The translations under genes and the position numbers were made by a program. Under the pieces are notes generated by a model. It was not told the origin of the DNA. It ran no database searches and saw nothing but the letters and a program-made list of their open reading frames with translations. Shown piece by piece: positions 9,114-20,482 of a stretch of DNA of 64,000 nt; within the stretch, counting starts at the first letter, position 1, and the number at the start of each line of letters is the position of its first letter. Origin of the DNA: Candidatus Hinthialibacteria bacterium OLB16 (GTDB lineage Bacteria > Hinthialibacterota > Hinthialibacteria > OLB16); contig LMZT01000020.1 of assembly GCA_001567115.1 (NCBI GenBank), positions 17,651 to 81,650 of the forward strand, written 5' to 3'.

Positions 9114-10526
9114 TCAGGTCTCCTCACGGACTGGCTGAGAATCGAGCGCGAGAAGAATCACTTTTTCCCGTGACATCTCCCATGCGCCGATGACCAGATA
9201 AGTCGCCAGAGCTGCGCCCAGAGACACCAGGTAAGGGTAGCGCACCTGGGCCACATAGGAGCCTGAAACATAAACCAGGATTCCCACGATCAGGGTTGCA
9301 TAGCCGCTCACAACCCTCCCGAAGCGGGTAAACAGGCCGAAGAAGACCACTATAAAAATCCCTGTGCTTCCGAAAGCCGAAGCCTCTTCGACCAGGTCAT
9401 GAACCCCATCGGCACTGACTGCCAGAAAGTAAGAAACCAGCCCGAAAAAGAAAACAGATCCACGGGAGATCATTACCTTTTTCTTTTCACTCAGGCCCGG
9501 CATCAATGGGATGATCAGGTTGTGCGAAGTCAAGCCGCCCGCAGCCAGCAGCGCGCTGTCGACTGTGGAAAGAATCGCCGAGATCAATGCCCCAGCAAAC
9601 AGGACAAACAGAAATGGATTCAGATAGTGCTGCGCCAGCTCGGGCAGGAAATGCTCGGGTATCTCAAGGCCGGGAAGTATCGCTGGCCCGATCAGTCCCA
9701 GGAAAACCGGAATCATGCCGACACAGAAATACAGCAGCCCGGCCAGCAGAGCCGAGTTTCTCGCAACCTCTGGTGATCGGGCTGCCAGGGTGCGTGATAT
9801 CAGTTCCTGGGAAAGCAGGGAGCCGATAATCGGGATGCACCAGGATTCCATCTGGGCCAGTGGAGATTCCTCCTGTGCGTAGGCCAGATTGAGACGGGAT
9901 GAATCCAGATGGGTGAAATTTCCACTTGCGTATTCATAACCGATATATCCCGAGATAATGAGCAAACCCAGAATGAGCACAATGCCCTGGATGAAGTCTG
10001 TGCAGGCATCGGCAATCATTCCACCGCGGGCTGTGTAAATGATGACCACCGCGGCCGAGAGGGCGATGGCGATGTCCAGTGTCATTTCCGATGCTGCGGA
10101 CAGCACGGATCCGAAGGCTCGAATCTGTGCGCCGGCCCACATCACCGAGGTTGGGACCAGCAGGATGACAGACAGGCGCTCCACCCCGGGAGAGAATCGA
10201 TCGCGAAACAAATCTGCCAGAGTTGTATATTGCTTTCGCCACAATGGTGCCGCGATGAACAGTCCCATCAGCAGCAGGCAGATGGTGTAACCGAAAGGGT
10301 CCATCCGTGCGCCAGCCAGTCCATGGGCATAGACTTCTCCCGAGGCCCCGATACAGGTTTCCGCTCCGAACCAGGTGGCGAATATGGTCATGACCAGCAG
10401 GCCATACCCGAAACGCCTTCCACCCAGCAGGTAATCGGCTTCAGTCGATATCTTTCGGGAAACGAGCAGGCCAACAACTAATTGGGCGCCGACATACGCG
10501 AACACACCCCAGAGGACAAGGTTCAA
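9114..10526 (-). CDS. Sodium:solute symporter (SSS family)
   Basis: DYLLGGRRFG, FATWFGAET, YTARGG and SAILSTVDS; about 13 TM helices. TTG start at 10526 with GGAGG RBS. Confidence 0.92.
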   Translation of the reverse strand: MNLVLWGVFAYVGAQLVVGLLVSRKISTEADYLLGGRRFGYGLLVMTIFATWFGAETCIGASGEVYAHGLAGARMDPFGYTICLLLMGLFIAAPLWRKQYTTLADLFRDRFSPGVERLSVILLVPTSVMWAGAQIRAFGSVLSAASEMTLDIAIALSAAVVIIYTARGGMIADACTDFIQGIVLILGLLIISGYIGYEYASGNFTHLDSSRLNLAYAQEESPLAQMESWCIPIIGSLLSQELISRTLAARSPEVARNSALLAGLLYFCVGMIPVFLGLIGPAILPGLEIPEHFLPELAQHYLNPFLFVLFAGALISAILSTVDSALLAAGGLTSHNLIIPLMPGLSEKKKVMISRGSVFFFGLVSYFLAVSADGVHDLVEEASAFGSTGIFIVVFFGLFTRFGRVVSGYATLIVGILVYVSGSYVAQVRYPYLVSLGAALATYLVIGAWEMSREKVILLALDSQPVREET

Positions 10527-10641
10527 CTTTTGAAACCCTCCAGGTGAGAGAATGAGTGACCAGGCTGATCTGATCGTGAAATTATCAATTTCCGCCTGAA
10601 CTGCAAGTCCCTGCCGCTCCCTCGATTGCCAGATTACTTCA

Positions 10642-11625
10642 TCATTTTGGTTCAAAGGCCGCAGTCTGATCATGCGCATTCAGGACCACACGGCGGTGGC
10701 TCAGAAGAAATGGCGTCCCGAGGCTTCCGGCATGGCGGCCATCCTGCCTTTTTTCGACAAAAACTGTGGAGCCGGTATCGAAGGTGTGCCCGGCGATTTT
10801 CACCGGGAAGGGAAGCCGGTAGGCTTTGACTGTATAGGTCCCGCGAAGTGTGCGGCATTCAGCGGTTCCAATGCTCGGTGTGGATTCGATCTTTTTCCCA
10901 TAGATGCCATTCGAGTCAAAAATCAGATTCGAATTGGAGCCGGTATCGAGCAGAAAACGCACACTGCGATCGGTTCCCACTTCGAGTGGCAGCACAAAGC
11001 CATTGTTGTCCGGCACCCACACCAGAGCCACCCGTGTCTTGATCCCATGGACCTGAGGAGCACTGAATGAACGCAGGAACAGCCGCTTCTGTTCGATCGC
11101 CAGTTCAATCTCCCCGCGATGGAGCAGCGAGGCTCCCAGCACTCCTTCCAGCCTTTCAGCTCCTCCCCTGCGGCCGAGGGCATCGATGTCCTCATCCTGG
11201 ACAAAGGCCACCACTTCATTCCGCAGGACAAATTCTCCGATCTTCAGCCTTGAGGTTGTGTAGAGGGTCTGTTCGCTGGTGGAGCCTGAAGCCGTAATTA
11301 TTTCTGCCCTGGCCAGAGGGGTGGCGCCAATTTCCTTCTGGAGGGACTGCCGGATCAATGTGACCGAACTTCCCGTATCGAGCTGAAACAGATATTCCTT
11401 GCTCCGGCATGTCACCTGGACACCAATGAAGGGCGACTGGGATTTGCTGCCTGGAGAAATTCCGACCAGGGGAGCGGAGATCTCCGACTCGGCCGGGGCC
11501 ATGCGGGTAACCAGCTCCGGCCAGGTGTGGTTGCGTTGAATCAGGGAATAGCACGAACTCAGCCCCACTGAAAACAGCGCAATCAATACCCAGCGAATGT
11601 GACCGGAGAAACCAGGCGCGCACAC
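10642..11625 (-). CDS. Two-domain retropepsin-like aspartyl protease, probable lipoprotein
   Basis: Two catalytic motifs (FQLDTGS, FLLDTGS), flap motifs GVLG and GSLG, and a lipobox-like GLSSC. Confidence 0.8.
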   Translation of the reverse strand: MCAPGFSGHIRWVLIALFSVGLSSCYSLIQRNHTWPELVTRMAPAESEISAPLVGISPGSKSQSPFIGVQVTCRSKEYLFQLDTGSSVTLIRQSLQKEIGATPLARAEIITASGSTSEQTLYTTSRLKIGEFVLRNEVVAFVQDEDIDALGRRGGAERLEGVLGASLLHRGEIELAIEQKRLFLRSFSAPQVHGIKTRVALVWVPDNNGFVLPLEVGTDRSVRFLLDTGSNSNLIFDSNGIYGKKIESTPSIGTAECRTLRGTYTVKAYRLPFPVKIAGHTFDTGSTVFVEKRQDGRHAGSLGTPFLLSHRRVVLNAHDQTAAFEPK

Positions 11626-11915
11626 GGTATCTGAATTAAGCCTTGCTCAACTCATCTTCTCAGCTGGATTTTCCTGTTGGCTGCACACCCTGAAAACAGC
11701 CACATTTCAGAGGCACCACTAGGAAATATGGCATAAAACGTTTATGAAAATACATGGATGGCACCTCCAGGCTTTTCCATCGAGTCGAATGGGTGCATCG
11801 AATGGAAACAGGCCGGATGAATACGGCGGGGCCGGTTTCCTCTTTCGTAATCATCGGTCAATACGTTAAGGAAAACGCCGCAAAGCTTCAATGACATGAG
11901 GATTTTCTGAAATTT

Positions 11916-13981
11916 GTGAACAGCCGCCGGGAGGTATCCATATCCGAATGCCTGCAGGGCTTCTTTTCAGAGGAGGGAACACTCTCCAAATCTCTTCCAT
12001 CGTATGAGTTCCGCCCCGAACAGCTGGCCATGGCAACCGCAGTTGCCAGAGCGATCGAGACGGAGCGGATTCTGCTTCTGGAGGCTGGAACCGGTGTTGG
12101 AAAGTCCCTGGCCTACCTTGCACCCGCCATCATCCATGCCATTCAGGAAGAAAAACACATCTACATCGGGACCGGCACAAAAACTCTCCAGCACCAGCTG
12201 ATGGAGAAAGAACTTCCATTCCTCAAACGATACCTCGAATCCTCCTTTTCTTATGCTCTCTGTGTGGGTTCAGAAAATTATGTGTGTGAGCGCCGCCTGG
12301 GAGGCGGAGCATTTCCCGGGCAGGAAGACCTCTTCCCGAATCCCGATGAAATCAGCCAGCTGCGTGCCTGGGCGCAGACTTGCAGACAGGGGCTTCGTTC
12401 GGAACTCGATTTTCCATGTTCCCCCCAGACCTGGCACCAGATCTGCCGGGTGCCGGAGCTCTGTGCCGGGCAGAAATGCCCTAAAGGGGGGGACTGTTTC
12501 TACCAGCGGGCACGGGCCCGCATTGCCAGAGCCACTGTCCGGGTTGGCAACCACCACCTGCTGTTTGCGGATCTTCAATCCGATTGGGAGTACCTCCCCG
12601 CCTCGGATATCCTGATTCTGGATGAAGCCCATAACATCGACCAGACAGCCTCGGATTGCCTCGGAACCGAATTCTCCCATCGTGCTCTCGTGCGTGTCTG
12701 GGAGACCCTGCGAGGTGTGGAAGGGCGCAACTGCCTGATCGGCTCCCTGCAGGAAATTCCCATCGAACAACGGCTGGGGGTGCTGGATCTGATTCGGAAA
12801 GCTGAAAAGCAATTCCATGAATCGATCGACTGGTTTCTCCGGGAAATCCTTGGAGATTCCTCGCGCATCGCTGTCAGCCAGGACACAGCGGTTGTCGGGT
12901 TAAACCATTTCATTGAACCGATTTCGGAAGTTGTCGCCGCACTGCGCCTGGTTGCACGCAAACTTCTCCATGATGAAGTTAAAAAGGAATGCGAAGGCTA
13001 CATCAATCGTCTGGACCGGATCGTGGCCGATGCCAAAATGATCTCGGACCTTCAAGAGGGTGCTCCCTGGCTGCTGTGGTGCGAGGAGGTGATGATTCGT
13101 TCACGCTCCCATCCAACCGGTGTCCGTTCGGCGGCTTTTCATGCAACCCCCCTGGAACCGGGGCGCATCCTGAATGAAAAGCTCTATCCGCACTTTGAAT
13201 CCAGCATCCTCGTTTCGGCAACCCTCTCGACAGGGGGAGATTTTTCCTATGCCCAGGAGCGTCTCGGGACTGCCAAAGCGGAGACCCTCACCCTCCCCTC
13301 TCCCTTCGATTACCAGAATCACCTGCTTCTCTACACCCCCGATGACCTTCCGGATCCGGTGGATGCCGATTCATATTTCTCCCAGGTCTCCGTACGGATC
13401 GATGCGCTGGTCGATCTGGCGGAGGGAGGCACTTTTGTTCTGTGCACCAGCTATTCCTCCCTCAACAAACTGTATGAATCCTTCTGCCAGTCACACGGGC
13501 TGCCACCCTCCACGGGTAAATCCCGTTCATCGAATAAACAGATCTCTGCCTTTCGCCAGGGGGATATTCCCAAGGAACGCATGCTTGAAGAATTTAAATC
13601 AGCAAAGAAGGCGGTGCTCTTCGGCGCTGCCACTTTCTGGCAGGGAGTGGATGTGCCCGGCAGGATCTTGAACTGGTGATCATCACGCGGCTTCCTTTTC
13701 AGTCACCGGATGATCCAGTCCTCGATGCCCGCATCCGCCATTGCCGTGCACGCGGAGGCAACCCTTTCTTCCACATTCAGGTTCCCGATGCGGTCATGCA
13801 GTTCCGCCAGGGGATCGGGCGCTTGATCCGCAGCAAAACAGACCGGGGCGTAGTCGCGATTCTGGATTCACGCATCCGGAAGAAAGGTTATGGCAAGGAG
13901 TTCCTCGCTTCGGTGCCTCCCTGCCGGGTGGCCAGCCATCTCGATGAGGTCCGACAGTTCTTCTCGAAACCCCATCCATGA
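11916..13981 (+). CDS. dinG: DinG/YoaA-family Fe-S DNA helicase (frameshift near 13660)
   Basis: RPEQ Q-motif, EAGTGVGKS, four Fe-S cysteines, DEAH, SATL and FWQGVDVPG. The C-terminal IITRLPF..QGIGRLIR lies in the next frame (13676..13981). Confidence 0.9.
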
Positions 13982-14038
13982 TTCCTGTAAAATGGGGAGT
14001 TTGCAGGCACACTCATTTTTATCTGGCTGCCCGTATTT

Positions 14039-15406
14039 TCAGGAATTCTCTTTGAGCACAATCTCTCTGAAGATACCCAGGGCCTCTTCGAGAGCAGCCT
14101 GATCGATGCACAGGGGTGGATTGATTTTTATGGTCCCTCCTCCCGGACCTACCGGAGCGAAAGTCAGAATTCCATTTTCATAACAACGCTGTGTGATTCG
14201 GTGCGCCAGCTCGCCATCCGGCTCCTTTGTCCCGGGTTTGACAAACCGGATGCCGCTCACCAGCCCTTTCCCATGCACAACGCCAATGCACGCGGCTTCG
14301 TCCTTGAGTCCCTGGAGAAACTCCTGCTGGATCTGGCCCAGCTGGTTCGAATTCTCCACCAGGTTTTCCCATTCGATGATCTCGATTCCAGCCAGTGCGG
14401 CACGGCAGCAGATCGGGTTTCCTGAATGGGTGCTGGTCATCTCGCCATGCCCGAACTGGTCCATCAGTTCGGCTTTTCCGAGGACAGCAGACAGCGGCAT
14501 CCCGCTGCTGATCCCCTTTCCACAGCACATCAGATCCGGTTCGATCCGGTAATGCTCGAAGCCGAACCATTTCCCGCAACGCCCGAAGCCGGCCTGAACC
14601 TCATCCAGGACCAGGACAATCTGATGGCTTGTGCACCACTCCCTCAGCGCCTGCATGAATTCCACAGGTGCAAAGGAAGCAGTTGCTCCCTGATAGGTTT
14701 CAAGCAGGACACAGGCGATTTCATCGGTCGTGACCGATCTTTCCGAGAGAGCACCGAGGAAGGATTCAAAACGGGTCTCCTCATTCTGGTAGCCATCCGG
14801 GAAGGGGACCTGCACAAAAGTGGGATCCTCCTGCTGGATCCAGGCTTTCAGAGCAGGGATTCCTCCAGCCATTTGCGATCCCAATGTCCGGCCATGAAAG
14901 GCATTCTGGAAACTGATGATCCGCTTCTTGCGGCTTCCACCCTGTGATGTGCCATGCCGTCTCGAAATCTTGATGGCGCATTCAATCGCCTCGGATCCCG
15001 TGGTCAGCAGGAAAGCCTTTTCCATCGAGGCCGGGGTGACCTGCACCAGCTTCTCGGAGAGAGCCGCACGCGCCTCATGGGGGAAGCAGTAGCAGTGGTG
15101 CAGTCCGCGCTCCAGCTGATCCGCCATCGCTGCACGGACCCAGGATCGGCCATGCCCGGCATTGGCGACCAGCACCCCGGATGACAGATCGATCCAGCGG
15201 TTCCCATAGGGGTCTTCCACTGTATAGCGATGCGCACGATGCCAGATGACCGGCGGCTGCCCATGCATGCTGCGCGCTTCATAATGTTCCATCTTCTCCA
15301 GCAAAGGGATTGAGGCCGGGTGTGGAAGGGCGCTTTGAATGCGCCGAAAGTCTGTGGCTATGGGTGCAATTTCCTGAGGGATGCGCGGGTAAGTGCTGGG
15401 CTGCAT
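14039..15406 (-). CDS. Class III PLP-dependent aminotransferase (GabT/ArgD-like)
   Basis: TTGSEAIE, AFHGRT, DEVQAGFGRCG, GKGISSG and STHSGNP. Confidence 0.92.
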   Translation of the reverse strand: MQPSTYPRIPQEIAPIATDFRRIQSALPHPASIPLLEKMEHYEARSMHGQPPVIWHRAHRYTVEDPYGNRWIDLSSGVLVANAGHGRSWVRAAMADQLERGLHHCYCFPHEARAALSEKLVQVTPASMEKAFLLTTGSEAIECAIKISRRHGTSQGGSRKKRIISFQNAFHGRTLGSQMAGGIPALKAWIQQEDPTFVQVPFPDGYQNEETRFESFLGALSERSVTTDEIACVLLETYQGATASFAPVEFMQALREWCTSHQIVLVLDEVQAGFGRCGKWFGFEHYRIEPDLMCCGKGISSGMPLSAVLGKAELMDQFGHGEMTSTHSGNPICCRAALAGIEIIEWENLVENSNQLGQIQQEFLQGLKDEAACIGVVHGKGLVSGIRFVKPGTKEPDGELAHRITQRCYENGILTFAPVGPGGGTIKINPPLCIDQAALEEALGIFREIVLKENS

Positions 15407-15452
15407 GTCTCTCCTCACCTGTCGAATTCAGAAAGTAAAAAACCGGGCGCGG

Positions 15453-15992
15453 TTACTTTGGAACTTCTTTGGTATATTCAACACCACCTTCCTTGTTGAA
15501 CCAACCCATGACATTGTCGGTCTTCCGCCACAGGAAGATGCGGCCGCCATCCTTGTCGATCTTGACAATGACATAAGCGGCTGCTGAAGGATCTTTTGGA
15601 ACCGTGTCTCCTTCTTTATAAGTTGTCGTCTTCCCATCTCCGGTTGTCAGCTGCACATTCCGCCCGATGATGTTCTTGATCTTCCATTTTTCATTGACCA
15701 GGGGCACCGGGGTTTCGGTGGGTGTGGGGAGAATCGGTTGCGTGGCTGTTGGTTTGGGGGTCACTAACTGAGAGAACAGGTCAGGCCGGTCTTTGAAAAT
15801 GGCGATGGCAGTCGCCAGAGGAGTCGGTTCGTAGGCTTCCTCCTCGGCGGTTTCGATCAGAATTTCATCCGTCTTCATCAGGTCGGCACGCTCTGCTTTG
15901 GCCTGCAGAATATCTGTCACCAGCAGCAGGCTCAAACCGCCGGCCAGCAGAATCAGAATAAAATAGACAAGGAACTCGGTCTTCTGGTTCAT
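15453..15992 (-). CDS. Single-TM periplasmic protein, last gene of the T2SS-like operon (possible GspC/PilP analogue)
   Basis: MNQKTEFLVYFILILLAGG TM helix, Pro/Thr linker and a small beta-rich domain. Assignment is by position only. Confidence 0.55.
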   Translation of the reverse strand: MNQKTEFLVYFILILLAGGLSLLLVTDILQAKAERADLMKTDEILIETAEEEAYEPTPLATAIAIFKDRPDLFSQLVTPKPTATQPILPTPTETPVPLVNEKWKIKNIIGRNVQLTTGDGKTTTYKEGDTVPKDPSAAAYVIVKIDKDGGRIFLWRKTDNVMGWFNKEGGVEYTKEVPK

Positions 15993-16571
15993 CGGCTTCT
16001 TCTTCCCGGCCGGTCCGCGTGATCTTGTGTTCGACCAGGCGGGAGATGTCCACATCCGCGGTGATGGCTGAGTTTGAGGAAACCCCAGCCCCCTGCCTTC
16101 TCCGGACTGTCAGGCTTTTGATTTCAAGAACAGCGGGGTTGGTTTCGATCTGGTACAGAAACGCGGCCAGTGTGGGCCAGTCAGTCGAAATTGTCTTGAG
16201 TGAAAAGAGTAAATCTTGAAATCGTCATCGATGCGCTCAGGATTGCTCTCGATCTGGGAACTGGGAATGATGGCCGATTCCTCCAGCAGCCGGGTCAGCT
16301 CGGCATTGATCCGCTCCTTTTTCTCCTGTTCCGAGCCTTCAATCGACAAACTCTCACGGATGCGTTCGAATTCGGCACGGTACTGTTTGGAGCGGACATA
16401 CTGTTCTTTGGTTTTTTCCCAGTCTTTCCTGATGTCGGCAATCTGCATATCCAGGCTCTTGTACTCGTTATACAACGGCCGGAATGCCAGCAGATATCCA
16501 CCTCCGAACAGGATGGCCAGCGCAGTCAGCCCCATCAGGAATCTTTCACGTTTTGTCTGTAATACCGCCAT
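15989..16571 (-). CDS. PilO/GspM-like inner-membrane platform protein (frameshifts near 16203 and probably 16007)
   Basis: KRERFL + TM + coiled coil. The shifted frame continues TDWPTLAAFLYQIETNPAVLEIKSLTV, a PilO-type ferredoxin-like motif. Confidence 0.75.
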
Positions 16572-16589
16572 CAGCCTTTCCTTATTCCG

Positions 16590-18134
16590 CTATTCCTGAA
16601 GCTTGGGATTTGTGCGCAGGATGGCTGTGGTGCCAGTCACCTGCTGGTAGTTGGGGATGTCATACTCCCCCCTCATGCGGGACAGATCCTTCGTCTCCAG
16701 CCGTCCACGCTCGATGGTTCCCGCAAAGTATGGAGAGTCCCCCAGTATCTTCACATACGCATCCATATCCGCGCCGGTGTAAGTCTCGAGGTTCATGACC
16801 ACTGAATCGGATTTCTTGAATGTCAACTGGGTGATTTTGACCTTGTCCGGGGTTCGCTCGAACAAATCCGACAGCACTTTGAAAGCGGAGTTCTGGCGGT
16901 CAATGTTCTGGTTGATCACCTTTAACTTTTTATCGATGACATCGATGTCCTTGATCTGGGGCTGGATCGCCAGGATTTTGGATTGATAGATTCCGGCCAG
17001 TTGTTTTTTGTTCCAGACCGAATGGCCCACCCAGCCTCCCAGGAGCAGCAGATTGAAAATCAGCAGGATGACAGAGTTGACCAGAAACTGCTTGCGGCGG
17101 GCGGCTGCGCGTTCGTGGTAAATCTCCTCCGGGACCAGATTGAAATGGTGGGTGTTGTGAATTTCCTCGAGTGCCAGACCGATCGGGCTGGAGTAAAAAA
17201 GAAGCGGCTCGTTGGATTTTCCAGGATTGATCGGCAGGCGTTGAGTTACAGGGATGGAAATTTCATTTTCGATGGCATCTTTCAATCCAGGGATTTCACT
17301 CCCTGGCCCCGAAAACACAACATACTTCGGCATGGTCCCCATCGGTTCATGGGCAAATCCTGTTATCGAACGCTTCAGGTTGCGAACCAGGCCGGCCCAC
17401 CACTGGTTCTGGTCCTCTGTCCAGTCCATCGGGGGCTTTTCAAAGCTGATTCCAAGCGATCCGGATTCAAGATCATCGGTTGCAATCGGCGCAGTCCGTG
17501 AAAAGCGCAGCTGGCGGTCAACAATCAGCCCGATCAGGGAGCTCTGGTTATCGAGGTGGAAAACTGCAAAGGGTTCCCCATCGCGTTCCCCTTCGCTGCG
17601 TGTAAAAGCATAGGCGCAGCCATGCACATCGACATCCAGCCGCAATGGCTCCAGCCCGGCTTCATCGAGCTCCTCGATGATCTGGTAGAGTTCATTGCGC
17701 CGGGCGGCAACCATCAGCACACGGGATTCATTCGCTCCGATCTGCTCGATAATCCGATAGGAGATCTCCGCTTCGTCAGGAGGGAAGGGGAGATAACGCT
17801 CCACATCGAAAAACAGCATCTCTCGGACTTCTTCCGGATCCCCGGAAGGAAGGCTGACAAGCCGGGTGATGACATCCTCCCGCGGGACACCCACGATGAC
17901 ATCCCCCAGATCCTTGGGGTGTTTCGAGAGGGCTTCCTTGAGGGCGGCACGGCGTCCGGCGAGCAGGTCTTCAGTCACTCCACGCCGCCCATGGGGGGCG
18001 TGGGCCTGGGTCAATCCCTTCAAGGAGATTTTTCCCGAGCGGTTGACTGACAGTGTCGCAATCCGGACCAGGCGCTTGCCATACTCGATGCCGGTGACAG
18101 TTCGCGCCTTATGCGCGGTTTCTTTTTTGGCCAT
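16590..18134 (-). CDS. Fused PilM-PilN / GspL-like platform protein
   Basis: Actin-like N-terminus (TGIEYG, RYLPFP, VLMVAAR, SGPGS), then FNLVPEE (PilN NLLP-like), TM helix, coiled coil and PDKVKITQL. Confidence 0.85.
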   Translation of the reverse strand: MAKKETAHKARTVTGIEYGKRLVRIATLSVNRSGKISLKGLTQAHAPHGRRGVTEDLLAGRRAALKEALSKHPKDLGDVIVGVPREDVITRLVSLPSGDPEEVREMLFFDVERYLPFPPDEAEISYRIIEQIGANESRVLMVAARRNELYQIIEELDEAGLEPLRLDVDVHGCAYAFTRSEGERDGEPFAVFHLDNQSSLIGLIVDRQLRFSRTAPIATDDLESGSLGISFEKPPMDWTEDQNQWWAGLVRNLKRSITGFAHEPMGTMPKYVVFSGPGSEIPGLKDAIENEISIPVTQRLPINPGKSNEPLLFYSSPIGLALEEIHNTHHFNLVPEEIYHERAAARRKQFLVNSVILLIFNLLLLGGWVGHSVWNKKQLAGIYQSKILAIQPQIKDIDVIDKKLKVINQNIDRQNSAFKVLSDLFERTPDKVKITQLTFKKSDSVVMNLETYTGADMDAYVKILGDSPYFAGTIERGRLETKDLSRMRGEYDIPNYQQVTGTTAILRTNPKLQE

Positions 18135-19499
18135 CAACCCTCTTCCTCAAAATTCGTGACCAGGAATTTCACCTGCTCTTCAGGCTCACGGTCGCGTTTG
18201 AATCGGCTGCGTGAGGCATCATCCAGCTCGATCTCCTCTGTGAAAAGCCTGAGAACAGTCACATGGATGGTCTTTTTAACATCATTGACGATGCCTGTCG
18301 AATGGATCACAAAATAGTCCGAACCCACTCCGAAACTTCCCGACAATCGATCCGAATCAGTTGAGTCCAGACCGGCTTTGTCGATACCTTCGCTGTTTTC
18401 ATCGGAATGGGGAAGAGTCCGGAACTTGCGGTCATCGTCCGATCCCAGCATATCATCACTTCCATTACGGTATTTGACAATCTTCTCCGCAACAGTCTGG
18501 GCATGGTCCCCCGACTCCTTCTTCTCCCCAGACCATCGCCTGGATGACTTCAAATGGAGCTGAGTTGAGGTTTGGCTTTCCAATTCTCTCGTTCGACAGA
18601 CCCGACTGGACAGCCAGAAAATCGCGGATCCCCAGCTGCAGCTTCCCATCTTCATTGTCATCCGGAGGTGATTCATCCCCATCATCTTCGTTGTCATCCA
18701 GCTCCCCGTTATGGTTTGCATCCTCTCCGACAAAAATCAGATTCGTCATTCCCGGGACCAGCAGGAGCTCCTCGACTGCGCTCAAAGGGCCATTGCGCAT
18801 AACAGTCCGAGGCCCGTAATTGTCAATCTCTTCGGGTGACTGGTGTGGGTTGTAATAATAATCCTCATTCGCCTGATCTCCGAACTCCCAGCCCGGAATA
18901 TCAGTTTCGTCGGTCAATGTCGGCTGGTCATCCGAGTCGACAAAATCGGTGATCGCCGCCCCCAGGGCCATGGCGTATTTCTCTTCGACTCCGCACACTT
19001 CGAGAAGCCGGCGCATGGTGATGTAATTGATGGCGTTGACATTGATCCGCCCGGAAAGATCCTCCACTTTGACCGTGAATGTGCCGCGGACATCCTCGAT
19101 CCGTGCCCCTTCTTCTTTTTTTCGGCCTCCCGGATTCAGCCCGTAGGCTTCCGGATTGTACCCCCAGGCTTCCGATGGGGCATCGTACTGGTAGTTCTCA
19201 TCCTTATCATCGACTTCAATCAGGTCATCCTCGCCGAGGACTCCCATGTCTTTAAGTTTGTCTTCGCGAAGGTAAACCATGGCCCTTGCAGCTCCGGCCC
19301 TGGCCAGATAGAGGGCCTTGATGCTGTTGGTCTGAAAACCGGTCATGCGGATTTCCATCTGGCACTGGCGGGCATAAGTCCAGGCGATGACAGTCAATAC
19401 CAGCAATGTCCAGATGACTGTCACCAGGATGATTCCCCTTTCGGATTCAGGCTTCTGATGAATCCCAGGGATGGAGGCAGGCTCGCGGGCGGCTGTCAT
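18134..19499 (-). CDS. gspK: GspK-like minor pseudopilin (frameshift at G5 run 18508-18512)
   Basis: RG|IILVTVIWTL, ALYLARAG, DLSGRINVN, AITDFVDSD, EELLLVPGM, PNLNSAP and, in the shifted frame, SDYFVIHSTG. Confidence 0.85.
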
Positions 19500-20482
19500 C
19501 GTCGGCGGCGGTCCCTTCGTCCACGGTCGCCGATTTTCCGGCTGGTAACAAGAGACCGGTCGCCATTCTTCAATCGTTCGAGCCGGTCGATGCTGGCACG
19601 GTAAGCGGTTCCAAAATCACTCTCATTGGCTCGTGCGCTCACAATGTTCAGGTCAGCTGCCGGTATGGCTGTGCTGGTTGACAGCCTCACATCCTCCGTG
19701 ACCCGGACATCCACCCGGACCAGGCGGGGCAGGCCAATCCGTTCTTCATCCTCTTCAGTCAGCTCGTCCTCGGGGAGATCCCGGCAGAATTCGTTGATGA
19801 CGACTTCCTCCGAATCCCAGTTGTCACGCCAGTCCTTGCCATCGTAATACGCGAATTTGACCTCTTCGACTTTGTCGCATAAGGTTTGAACAATTGGCTT
19901 TTCGAAAAATCCGGCATTCGGAGGGGGTTCAAATCGCGGACGTGTCCGGCCGAGGGTATCTCCACCCATCGGGTTTCTTTGTTCCATCCGGCGCGCCTGG
20001 ATTTCAGCCAGGCGTGCCTCGAGGAGGCTCCGGTAGATCTCTTTGACCAGCTTGCCTTTCTCAGAAACTTTGTAGCGCACCTCGCGGATATCCATCTTAG
20101 GGCCATTTTCGGTTTCCATTTCCTGCCGCACCACGAACTGCACCGAGCTCGAATCCCCTTTGAAGGTCACCTGCATCTGAGGCCCTTCCTCATCCAGGTA
20201 GTAATCTCCTTCCCCTAAGGGATCTTCTTCTTCCCGCTCATTGAACGGGAACGAGGCAGGACCGAGCGCACGCCGGAGATCGAGGACCATGCGGTTCAAT
20301 CCGGCGCGGGTGGTCTGGTACATCTCCATGCTCTCTTTGCCCACAGCCAGGGCTGTCGTCGCTGCTTTCAATGAAACAAAGATGGTTCCAACCACCAGCA
20401 CAAAGATGGTGATCGCCAGCAGCAGTTCGATCAGTGTCATGCCAGACCTGCAACCTGTGGAGGGATGGAGTGGCCTGGTCAT
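19496..20482 (-). CDS. GspJ-like minor pseudopilin
   Basis: SG|MTLIELL class III signal, FAYYDGKDWRDNWD and GLPRLVRV, which are typical GspJ motifs. Confidence 0.82.
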   Translation of the reverse strand: MTRPLHPSTGCRSGMTLIELLLAITIFVLVVGTIFVSLKAATTALAVGKESMEMYQTTRAGLNRMVLDLRRALGPASFPFNEREEEDPLGEGDYYLDEEGPQMQVTFKGDSSSVQFVVRQEMETENGPKMDIREVRYKVSEKGKLVKEIYRSLLEARLAEIQARRMEQRNPMGGDTLGRTRPRFEPPPNAGFFEKPIVQTLCDKVEEVKFAYYDGKDWRDNWDSEEVVINEFCRDLPEDELTEEDEERIGLPRLVRVDVRVTEDVRLSTSTAIPAADLNIVSARANESDFGTAYRASIDRLERLKNGDRSLVTSRKIGDRGRRDRRRR

